A stretch of 62,638 nucleotides of DNA, from contig CBFGJV010000010.1 in assembly GCA_965649205.1 (NCBI GenBank), positions 23,764-86,401 of the forward strand, in the 5' to 3' direction. The notes under the pieces were generated by a model. It made no database searches and was not told where the DNA came from. It worked only from the letters and a program-made list of their open reading frames with translations. This stretch comes from a candidate division WOR-3 bacterium. GTDB taxonomy: Bacteria; Hydrothermota; Tepidihabitantia; Tepidihabitantales; Tepidihabitantaceae. Both the position numbers and the translations under genes were made by a program. How positions within the stretch are numbered: the stretch's first letter is position 1; every line of letters begins with the position of its first letter. Below are positions 21,501 to 28,854 of this stretch, one piece after another.

Positions 21501-22026
21501 TGTCTATCCTGATTCCTGCATGACAGATAACCAAAAATGGCGCTTCCTCAATGGCACTATCAATCAACCAAACTCCAACCGAGCCTATGACTGGTCTCTA
21601 TGCGTTTCTGTGGGACCCTTCAGCTTGGCCGTGGGAGAAAGCTTCCGTTTTGCCGTGGCTCTGGTAGGAGGTACCAGCGGCGCAAACATACGGACGAATG
21701 CTGACTCAGCTCAATCCTGGTACAATATGAACACCGGTTTGTTTGAGCAACGCAACCAAACGCTACGCGAGCTAGCGCTCACCTGCATACCCAACCCCTT
21801 TGCCCAGACAGTAAGTGTTCGGTTCCAGCTGCCCACTGCTGGCAGGGTTAAACTACAGATATTTGACATCTCGGGCCGGGCTGTGGCTGACATAATGGAC
21901 GAAGAAAAACCAGCAGGCAGGGTGGAGGCAATCTGGAATCCTCAGGGACTCGCCAATGGCGTATATTTGTTGAAGGTGACACTGCCCGAAAGGTGTCTGA
22001 CCAGCAAACTGATGCTTTTGCGCTAG
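18523..22026 (+). CDS. Gingipain-like C25 cysteine peptidase with propeptide, Ig-like domains and a T9SS-type C-terminal domain
   Basis: Propeptide (EPGKPMLP), WVLLAGD, DVYVGR, catalytic AHG and SIAC, NLFGDP, and C-terminal PNPF...IFDISGR...GVYL...KLMLLR. Confidence 0.9.
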   Translation: MRKTLIVSLVPILVLAGTIVRTFQFDTRDLEFTQANGYDVIHFSDFITTLEPGKPMLPAAVVNMLIPPTATATEIRVTPLDPYEIPGTYRIHPVQTPVPVSSSTTPPFIPPDPSTYSAKTPYPDKLVDWVHTGTKSEFRICGFVLHPLSYVPATGKLTLYRRLRVEVNYEEQDIVPKPLTPSQQKVFGRDVAQLVVNPEDLTAFAPPVRVADGPEVDYAIITPSAQSTWFSPLVDWRNKKGYNTQVFTTEWISANYPSGRDLQEKIRMFIIDYYNNRGLKWVLLAGDNAQVPGRRCRAVVSSSTGNIPADVYYADLQWSYDGNRNNVFGEIDGDTVDLYYDVYVGRASVDNQTQATTFVNKTLSYEKTPTTDYLKKVLLPYVVLFSQYNYSGKVVSDSIAAQTPVGWTDQYIANPTTTTPMRDAINQGYHLCHVAAHGNATGFYTEGGSAIWNTSTASGQTNSTRLTVMNSIACISGDFETSDCLAEAAMNNPNGGTVACMMNSREGWGTPPSLGPSEKIDNKFYSYFFAYDTAEIGVLHARSKDFYAPAAQSQSVWRWCYWDLNLFGDPNLLLWHDIPTNMNAAHPTTIQTGAQSFTVTVTSGDSPVRNAIVACYKPGEVQANAYTNSTGEATLIINPTTTGTMYVTVSHPNYFVVENTVTVTQGAPQPFITFLRCFVDDGGNGRLDPGENANLYVTLKNVGNATATGVIAVIRSNSSFITFPDSFASYGDIAPNDTARGQAFPVSVSSAIPPGTRVTFTLQVTSNEGTWNPSFQLTVGTPPQPGAVVMNHDTGYCKLSVTCLGSIGYDVPPGDLDAGAGFCYPKTGGSQLYYGSLAIGNSPSFVADRHFGNPPSGGPNTDFRIVDSVRPVVPPANGDQHYRCRFDDAGHPSPKGITVSQHSFQSAHPGYDDFVVLTYDISNQGTSALTGLYAGIFADMDVGSNASQNICSTDVNRRLTFIRQSSSANPCAGVRILAPATAANLTAIDHARYVYPDSCMTDNQKWRFLNGTINQPNSNRAYDWSLCVSVGPFSLAVGESFRFAVALVGGTSGANIRTNADSAQSWYNMNTGLFEQRNQTLRELALTCIPNPFAQTVSVRFQLPTAGRVKLQIFDISGRAVADIMDEEKPAGRVEAIWNPQGLANGVYLLKVTLPERCLTSKLMLLR

Positions 22027-22045
22027 AAACTCGAAAATTCTAACT

Positions 22046-22077
22046 CGTTTGGGGCGGCCGCACGGCCGCCCCAAACG
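22046..22077. terminator. Inverted repeat between convergent genes, probable bidirectional terminator
   Basis: CGTTTGGGGCGGCCG-CA-CGGCCGCCCCAAACG, a perfect 15-bp inverted repeat. Confidence 0.75.
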
Positions 22078-22102
22078 GTAAGTCCACGCTCGCTAGCCCA
22101 CC

Positions 22103-25100
22103 TCAATGCTGAACCACTAGCTTCTGACCGACCTGACCCGCGGGCGGCTCCAAGCATAGCAGATATACGCCAGCAGGTAGTTCTCGTAGAGAGAGTGTAA
22201 CTGAAGTTGTAGTCCCTTGCCCTACCAGAAACTTAACGGGAACAGATAGAACGCAGCGGCCAGTCGCGTCAAATACCCGTACATGACCACCCGACTGCTT
22301 AACTAATTCTCGGGATAATTTCACTATAGCAAATCCGCTCGCTATCGGATTAGGTACGACACTCAGCAAATGATCGTCTTTCCGTCTTGTCTGAATTCCA
22401 TCATACCCGGACTGACGGACAGCAAACTGGTGGACGCCGGGCTTGTAGTAACGCCACAGCTCATACGTCTTGTTTCCCTTCAGGGCGAAAAACGCTCCCA
22501 AGCCGTAATAGACTAGATCTCCCCCCGCTTTTACCGCTTTCTTTCCTCCGCTGCCAGTGCTAGGAATCGTCTCCAGAACAACCCAGGTACCCTTTCCTTG
22601 CGGGTCGTACTTGTAGAATCCCTGGCTGCCCCCACCTTTCAAAACGTACATGCAGCCGTTATGCCAGACGGCAGCAGCTCCGTCTTTGGACTTCTTCTTC
22701 TTTCCCGGTCTACCATTTTCATCACCGTACAAGGGCACGCCCCGAATCGCCGCTTTCAACCAACTGTCGCCCTCCAAGTCATAACGAAACATGAAGTGAT
22801 TAGAATCTCCCACTATTGCCGCCTGATGGACATATACAGTTTTGTCTCTGTCGTATACTAGGAAAGAGCCCTTGTCGTACTTCCGCTTCTTGGCGTAAGG
22901 TGCGCTATCCAGCCTGTACCACTTCTGCTCCTCCACGTCATAGCGGTAAAATGCACCTTTGCCGCCAGCCAATAGATACAGGTACTCTTTCATTCCCCAT
23001 TTCACATACACCAAATCATTCCCGCCTTTTATCTTCTCTGGTACTCTGAAAAGGGTGTCCCATACACCAGACACGATATTGTAGCGCCAGAACCCCTGCG
23101 TGTTGTTACCCTTGACCATGTACAGAAACCGTTCGCCATCCGAGACGGCACACGTACCTCTAGCAGGTGGTCTGGGTTTGCCCAAAGAGGGCTCAGTATC
23201 GGGTAGTGGGGAAAGAGTCACCCAGCTATTGCCTAGGGGATAATACTTATAGAAATCGTAGGTTTTGTTTCCCTTGGCCGCATATATGACGCTCATCGCC
23301 TCAGATTTCTCCTGGCCGGAACCGGAGCCATGACGACGAGTAACCGGGCCATCCGGACCCACCACTAACCAGGATCCGTCTTTGGGGGACTTGTGCGGAG
23401 TTGGCATAGTAGGCATAGAACGGACCTCAGACCAACCCTCTGGCCAAGAGGGATTGCCGGATACGATAAAATTTATGGCCCCGGATATACCTCCGCCCGG
23501 TGGCGGGTTGTACACAGTTATGGGATACTCCCCTTCCACCAGCAGGTCCGAAGCAGAAATAGCCGCTTGTAAAACTGTCGAACTTACATAAGTCGTAGGA
23601 CGAGATGAACCAGCAAATCGCACCTCCGAAACAGGCAGGAAGCCGCTGCCCGTCACAGTCATCGTGAACCCCGGGTCCCCCAAATTTTTGTTCTCTGGTG
23701 AAATGCCGGCAAGCGTAGGCACCCGATTCACAACGTTGAATACGCGACCTGCAGACGTACCACCGCCCGGCTCAGGATTAAACACCGTGACAGTATACGT
23801 ACGAGCCACGGCCATGTCAGCAGCTGGTATCAGAGCGCGTAATTCAGTGGGGCTTACGTAGGTGGTGGAACGACTAGAACCGTCCAGTTTTACCTGTGAG
23901 CTTGGAACAAAACCATTTCCTTTAACCACCAGCAGGAACACCGGATCACCCGTGTATTTGGTTTCCGGCTCCAGAGCAGTAATGACAGGCGTTGGATTCA
24001 GCACCGTGAAAAAACATACGTTGGAAGTACCCCCACCAGGCCCTGGATTATAGACTGTAATAGAACGTGTGCCGGCCGTGCTCATATCCGAGGCCGGAAT
24101 TGTAGCCTGCAACATTGTGGAATTAACAAAGGCAGTAGTACGATTCTGACCATTTACACGCACCGCCGAACTGGAAATGAAGTCAGTTCCATTTACCGTC
24201 ATTACAAAAGTCGCATCCCCGACGTACTTCTCAGCCGGAGAAATGCTGGTAAGAACAGGCACCCGATTTTTCACAGTGAAGGTCTGCGCATTAGAGACAC
24301 CACCCCCAGGTGCAGGATTCACCACATCAACCGAGAATATTCCAGCCGTAACCAAGTCCGACGCAGGAATTTCTGCTTGCAGCGTTGAGGTATTTACGTA
24401 AGTAGTGGGACGAACAGAATTGTTCCATCGGACCTGCGCATCAGAAGCAAAATGGCTGCCGCCTACAGTCAAAGTAAACCCGCTCTCACCAGCAAATTTT
24501 TCATTCGGAGACAGACCGGTAGTAACAGGCACAGGGTTTTGAACCGTAAACGGCTGCCGGTTCGACCTACCACCACCTGGCCCCGGATTGAAAACCTCTA
24601 TTGAACATACCCCCGCAACCTGCATATCTGAAGCCGGAATGATTGCCTCCAACGTGGTCGCACTCTTGTAGGTTGTAGGTCTGTCTGCACCATTTAGCCG
24701 CACCCGAGAGTTGACAATGAAGCTTGAACCAGTCAAGGTCATTAAAAATTCTTGATCACCTACATACTTGCTGGCCGGATTAATACCTGTAAGCACCGGC
24801 ATAGGGTTTTCAACCGTATAGGTAACAGTAAGATAAGGTCTCTGCGAAAATACGCGTCCATACAGCACTCCCCCAGGATACAAGGCATCATTTCTGAAGC
24901 CTAAGGTGGAGTATCCATATGCTAACCCGTTCTGAACCAGATCCTTACCCGCCTGATTCAGCTCCCAGGAAAATAACCCAGAAGACGGAGGAGTTCCCTG
25001 CGCTACCACCGTGCCGCTGCCAATATAGTTCCACAACTGAAAACCGGTGATTTGCGGAGAAACCGGATCAACGCCGTTGGGTACGGTAGTCACATACAAA

Positions 25101-25597
25101 AACCTGCCGCCATAACCTGGATACACCGTGCCGTTTAAAACTACCCTTTCAATCATCGCAGTTGAAGGAATTGAAGAAGTGTTGAACTTGGCCCAAGCCC
25201 GATTTTTCCACTGCACAATACCGTAGTAATCAAAAATTCCGTACATTAAGCCGCCATTAACAGGCAGTTCGCCGTCATAATCCCATTTATCGGTCCGTCC
25301 TTCTTCGCAGATACCGGTAGAGTACTTAATAGCGGCATCTGGGTAGCAGTTCTTCTCGTCGTCCGTCTCAGCCCCGGGAGCAACTCCCAGTTCTGCCGGT
25401 GAGGCAAAAATTTCGGCCGTGATTGTACCGTCACCATTAGAGTAATGCCGAGAATTTTCGTTCCCTAGTTCCGGGATTTCCGTACCTGGTGGTAAGTAAC
25501 CGGCCCTCTTTAGTTCTTCCAAGTTAAAAGCAGGGGCAAGAAAGGCCATTGTGCCCAGAAAGCAGACAACAGTCGTCAGGACATTGCATCCAGACAT
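22103..25597 (-). CDS. Secreted surface protein: DNRLRE-like N-domain, 5 IPT/TIG repeats, Kelch-like propeller, T9SS-type C-terminal domain
   Basis: Signal peptide, RAWAKFNTSSIP, five 90-aa repeats, KGNKT/KGNNT propeller blades, C-terminal PNP...VFDATGR...GVYL...KLVVQH; SD AAGGAGG. Confidence 0.8.
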   Translation of the reverse strand: MSGCNVLTTVVCFLGTMAFLAPAFNLEELKRAGYLPPGTEIPELGNENSRHYSNGDGTITAEIFASPAELGVAPGAETDDEKNCYPDAAIKYSTGICEEGRTDKWDYDGELPVNGGLMYGIFDYYGIVQWKNRAWAKFNTSSIPSTAMIERVVLNGTVYPGYGGRFLYVTTVPNGVDPVSPQITGFQLWNYIGSGTVVAQGTPPSSGLFSWELNQAGKDLVQNGLAYGYSTLGFRNDALYPGGVLYGRVFSQRPYLTVTYTVENPMPVLTGINPASKYVGDQEFLMTLTGSSFIVNSRVRLNGADRPTTYKSATTLEAIIPASDMQVAGVCSIEVFNPGPGGGRSNRQPFTVQNPVPVTTGLSPNEKFAGESGFTLTVGGSHFASDAQVRWNNSVRPTTYVNTSTLQAEIPASDLVTAGIFSVDVVNPAPGGGVSNAQTFTVKNRVPVLTSISPAEKYVGDATFVMTVNGTDFISSSAVRVNGQNRTTAFVNSTMLQATIPASDMSTAGTRSITVYNPGPGGGTSNVCFFTVLNPTPVITALEPETKYTGDPVFLLVVKGNGFVPSSQVKLDGSSRSTTYVSPTELRALIPAADMAVARTYTVTVFNPEPGGGTSAGRVFNVVNRVPTLAGISPENKNLGDPGFTMTVTGSGFLPVSEVRFAGSSRPTTYVSSTVLQAAISASDLLVEGEYPITVYNPPPGGGISGAINFIVSGNPSWPEGWSEVRSMPTMPTPHKSPKDGSWLVVGPDGPVTRRHGSGSGQEKSEAMSVIYAAKGNKTYDFYKYYPLGNSWVTLSPLPDTEPSLGKPRPPARGTCAVSDGERFLYMVKGNNTQGFWRYNIVSGVWDTLFRVPEKIKGGNDLVYVKWGMKEYLYLLAGGKGAFYRYDVEEQKWYRLDSAPYAKKRKYDKGSFLVYDRDKTVYVHQAAIVGDSNHFMFRYDLEGDSWLKAAIRGVPLYGDENGRPGKKKKSKDGAAAVWHNGCMYVLKGGGSQGFYKYDPQGKGTWVVLETIPSTGSGGKKAVKAGGDLVYYGLGAFFALKGNKTYELWRYYKPGVHQFAVRQSGYDGIQTRRKDDHLLSVVPNPIASGFAIVKLSRELVKQSGGHVRVFDATGRCVLSVPVKFLVGQGTTTSVTLSLRELPAGVYLLCLEPPAGQVGQKLVVQH
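23459..24808 (-). repeat. Five tandem 270-nt (90-aa) IPT/TIG coding repeats
   Basis: Units start at 24808, 24538, 24268, 23998 and 23728 (NPMP/NPVP/NRVP/NPTP/NRVP). Each ends V[FVY]NPxPGGGxS. Confidence 0.9.
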
Positions 25598-25695
25598 CTG
25601 TCCTCCTTGGAGCCGTGCCAGCCCCGATTTAGACTTTGCTACTTAACGCAGCTTGCTATACTGCCGAATGCCAGCTGGCGCCATTGCACCAGTTT

Positions 25696-25723
25696 ATTAT
25701 ATCCCCACCAGTGGAACCGTCAA
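25696..25723 (-). promoter_or_regulatory. Sigma70-type promoter for the IPT/TIG protein
   Basis: TTGACG-N16-TATAAT. Confidence 0.7.
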
Positions 25724-26139
25724 CCGATGTCTCGCAGTATGCACGAAAAAATCATGGGCATCCAAGTAGCCCGATATTATAACTTTCAGTAATACAGGCG
25801 ATTATGCCTCCTTCGGCGCTGCCCGCATCCTCGCCTAGGGAACGTTCCCCGAACGGCCGCCCTGCGCGCTACCCATTTTGCTATTTGAGCGTTCCCGTCA
25901 GCTCCTCACTTTTCTGTTCTTCCCTCAGCTCTCATTGCCTCGGTCTGGAGCGCTCACGCAACTGCTGAACTGGTTGCCGTATCCTCGGCTCCGGGGCAAA
26001 TTCACCCCTTCGTCCTTGCCCCGAGTCAAGACAGAGCTCGGGCAAGCTCTCTGCAATAAACAAACGCGGCTGCCCACTAGTCAGTTAAAAAGAGTAAGCT
26101 CGCGGCTGTAGGTCAGCAGGTCTGGCTAATAACCCAGGC

Positions 26140-26167
26140 TTGACCTTCGACATCAGCCAGCTATCCT
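26140..26167 (+). promoter_or_regulatory. Sigma70-type promoter, probable leaderless acyP transcript
   Basis: TTGACC-N16-TATCCT, 5 nt before GTG 26173. Confidence 0.6.
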
Positions 26168-26172
26168 GAGAC

Positions 26173-26466
26173 GTGAAATCCGTACCTGCCTTTTCACGGG
26201 TTCATGTTATTGTCTTTGGCCGAGTGCAGGGAGTATATTTCAGAGCCTTTACGCAGAAAGAAGCGCACCGTCTCGGTCTGACGGGCACAGTAAGAAACTT
26301 GCCTGACGGCCGAGTCGAAATAGTCGCTGAAGGAACCCGAGAAAAACTGGAAACGTTCCTCGAGAAAGTCAGGCAGGGTCCCCCGGGCGCCTCCGTACGA
26401 GATTGCACAGTCACATGGGAAGAGTACGAAGGCAACTTCCGTGACTTTGAGATAGTCTGGAGATAG
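26173..26466 (+). CDS. acyP: Acylphosphatase
   Basis: GRVQGVYFR and GTVRNLPDGRVE. Confidence 0.95.
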   Translation: MKSVPAFSRVHVIVFGRVQGVYFRAFTQKEAHRLGLTGTVRNLPDGRVEIVAEGTREKLETFLEKVRQGPPGASVRDCTVTWEEYEGNFRDFEIVWR

Positions 26467-26545
26467 AACTCTCTGTCCGTTCTGCAGATAACGACAATCC
26501 ATCTCCGTCCCCTAAGAAGACCGCTGGTTCTCCACATGTCTTGCC

Positions 26546-26574
26546 TTGACTCGCAGTTGGGCAACCGTTACACT
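26546..26574 (+). promoter_or_regulatory. Sigma70-type promoter for the sugar transferase
   Basis: TTGACT-N17-TACACT. Confidence 0.55.
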
Positions 26575-26591
26575 GCCTCTGAACAATCCTA

Positions 26592-27887
26592 ATGAGCTCT
26601 ACCTCAACACGTGCGGAAGAATCTGTAGTTGCCCTGGAACTGCTCCTGCTACTATTCGGTATCGCCCTGCTCCGAACTTTGTTGTCCCCCGATTCATATG
26701 CCCTTACGCCTCTCTTTGTATTGTGGTTTCTACTAGTCACCGCCAGCTATATGGTTGGCGAATTCGAAACGGCTGTACGCGCCAACTTTGGACTTTCTCT
26801 AAAGACACAAGCAGCGTTTGCTCTTAGTTACGTAGGGTATAGCGGTATCCACCTTGTCTGGTCCTGGTGCGAACTTCTCAGTATTCATTTCTGGCTTGGC
26901 TTGTGGTTATTTTTGAACCTCGTTGCTCCTGGGGCGGGGTTGCTTATCAGGCGCCTCGTGCGACAGCGAGCTCTGTTAGTATCAGACACTAGTACAAACC
27001 GTACATCGCTACTTCGTTGGTGGGGATTTGAGTGTGTGGAGACTGTCGCAGTTGACAAACTTCCTGGGCTTTTGCGCATTCGAGCAGATAAGTACGGACG
27101 CCTGCCGCAGTACGATGTGATAGTGGTGGACACCTCGGACTATCGCACAGAATACGCAGTTTCGTGTGTGGCTAACGAATACTTCACCGATTTCGTCGGC
27201 ATTCCTTCTTTCACGCTTTCCGCTTACTTGTTGGGCCCGCACCCTCGCTACATAGGCCCTTATGTACCCCACATCGCTGCCCGTCGAATAAAAAGAGTAA
27301 TAGACCTGGTACTTAGCGTTCTCGCTATCATCATTCTTAGTCCCTTCCTCCTAACCATAGCCATCCTCATCAAACTGGATAGCCCCGGGCCTGTTTTCTT
27401 CAGGCATCGGCGGCTAGGTCGTAACATGCGAGAATTCTACCTGCTCAAGTTTCGTACCATGCACCGCGATGCCGATCAGCGGCTGGAACGTATTTTAGCC
27501 TCCAACCCGCAACTCGCTCAGGAATTCCGCGCTACATTTAAGTTACGCAACGACCCGCGCGTGACCCGGCTGGGCAAATTTCTGCGCCGGTTTAGTATCG
27601 ACGAGCTGCCCCAGTTCTTTAATATTCTAGCCAACGAAATGAGTCTAGTGGGACCTAGACCAATAGTAGAAAAAGAGGTTGAATACTACCGTAACTACTC
27701 TTTGCTTCTTTTTCGCGTGCCCCCGGGCGCAACCGGTCTCTGGCAGGTATCAGGACGTTCAGAGACCAGCTATGAAGAACGCGTGAAACTGGATACGCGA
27801 TATGTTGAGGAATGGAGTCTGTGGAACGACCTGAAAATACTACTGAAAACCATACCTGCGGTACTGCTTCGCCGGGGAGCTTACTAG
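26592..27887 (+). CDS. Polyprenyl glycosylphosphotransferase (WbaP/WcaJ-like sugar transferase)
   Basis: N-terminal TM helices; KRVIDL, KFRTM, DPRVTRLG, DELPQ, MSLVGPRP, PGATGLWQVSGRS. Confidence 0.92.
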   Translation: MSSTSTRAEESVVALELLLLLFGIALLRTLLSPDSYALTPLFVLWFLLVTASYMVGEFETAVRANFGLSLKTQAAFALSYVGYSGIHLVWSWCELLSIHFWLGLWLFLNLVAPGAGLLIRRLVRQRALLVSDTSTNRTSLLRWWGFECVETVAVDKLPGLLRIRADKYGRLPQYDVIVVDTSDYRTEYAVSCVANEYFTDFVGIPSFTLSAYLLGPHPRYIGPYVPHIAARRIKRVIDLVLSVLAIIILSPFLLTIAILIKLDSPGPVFFRHRRLGRNMREFYLLKFRTMHRDADQRLERILASNPQLAQEFRATFKLRNDPRVTRLGKFLRRFSIDELPQFFNILANEMSLVGPRPIVEKEVEYYRNYSLLLFRVPPGATGLWQVSGRSETSYEERVKLDTRYVEEWSLWNDLKILLKTIPAVLLRRGAY

Positions 27888-27945
27888 AACATTGTGATAA
27901 CCCATAACCACAAAGGGAAAGACGCATGCTGAATAGGAGATAAAG

Positions 27946-28854
27946 ATGGTCATCGAAAAAGCCGATGTGGAAGCCGTACGCCTATGTGAGCGGCGAGGTA
28001 TGTTTGCAAACGATATGGAACTCACTGAGAATGGCCTGACGCGTGAAGAATATGTAAAGCGGTTGCGACAACTCTCTGCTGGCGGGCTTATCCGTTCTCT
28101 ACAGGCGACATTGATGGTTCCCGCTCTGCAGGGCGGAGACTGGGTATGGGCCGGAATGCTGGCTACCGCCAAAAGTCCGCTCGGAGTAGCAAACGCGCTC
28201 AAACGAAGTTTGTCTTATGTCACCGAGACTATCTTCAACTTGGGATTGCCGGATAAGCTGGGACCAAACCTGGCTCTGCTTTTTTTCTCGCGAAACTTTG
28301 AAACCGATGTGGAAGTTATCCGTTCTACCTCGGGCATAGAGTACTGCGAGATTTACCGGGTAGCCAACCTTTCTTTCCCTGTCGCAGTGCCCATCTCATC
28401 AGAAGAACGTGCGTTACTAAGGGAAGTTGTCCGTTCACCCGCATCAGATCTAGCCTCACTCGCCGCCGGGATTGGACGTGATCCTCTATGGGTGCAAACA
28501 AAATTGGACAGACTGTTGTGGACCGAATCTAACCACTCCGGCCTAGTCAGAATACAACCGGAGCTGGATTGGAGTAGAGCGGACAATTTCGGCCATTTTC
28601 ACTTTCTGCTGGAAACCGGGCTGCAACCCAAGGAACTTTTTGCTTCGGTTGCCGAACACCGGCTCTCCTTAGTTCTAGAGGGAAAACCATATCGCGAGCG
28701 CTACGTTCAGGTTGAAGCAGACCTATGGGGCATAGCGGAATTGATGGAAAAAGTATCCCACCTAAACCAAATACCAGGGGTACGGGTAGCAGGTGTGGTG
28801 TGGAATCATCTGATACTGCTCAATACAGAGTGGACAACTCGCTTGCTGGATTAA
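27946..28854 (+). CDS. Tandem Lrp/AsnC-like winged-helix protein
   Basis: Two HTH-like segments (GLTREEYVKRLRQLSAGGLIRS and ERALLREV...LAAGIG...VQTKLDRL), each followed by a small alpha/beta region; SD AGGAG. Confidence 0.55.
   Translation: MVIEKADVEAVRLCERRGMFANDMELTENGLTREEYVKRLRQLSAGGLIRSLQATLMVPALQGGDWVWAGMLATAKSPLGVANALKRSLSYVTETIFNLGLPDKLGPNLALLFFSRNFETDVEVIRSTSGIEYCEIYRVANLSFPVAVPISSEERALLREVVRSPASDLASLAAGIGRDPLWVQTKLDRLLWTESNHSGLVRIQPELDWSRADNFGHFHFLLETGLQPKELFASVAEHRLSLVLEGKPYRERYVQVEADLWGIAELMEKVSHLNQIPGVRVAGVVWNHLILLNTEWTTRLLD

Noticed and set aside
15599..22077. The two GGGCGGCC-core hairpins as a REP-like repeat or CRISPR remnant
   Set aside because: Only two copies, each between convergent genes, which terminators explain adequately; no spacer array.
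25598..26139. Riboswitch (e.g. c-di-GMP-I, prompted by GGGCAAA), tRNA or small CDS in the long intergenic gap
   Set aside because: The remaining consensus elements and a cloverleaf are not visible. The 61-aa and 77-aa ORFs lack an SD and any motif.
27946..28854. Siroheme decarboxylase AhbAB/NirDL fusion
   Set aside because: No HxYxR motif and no heme biosynthesis neighbours.
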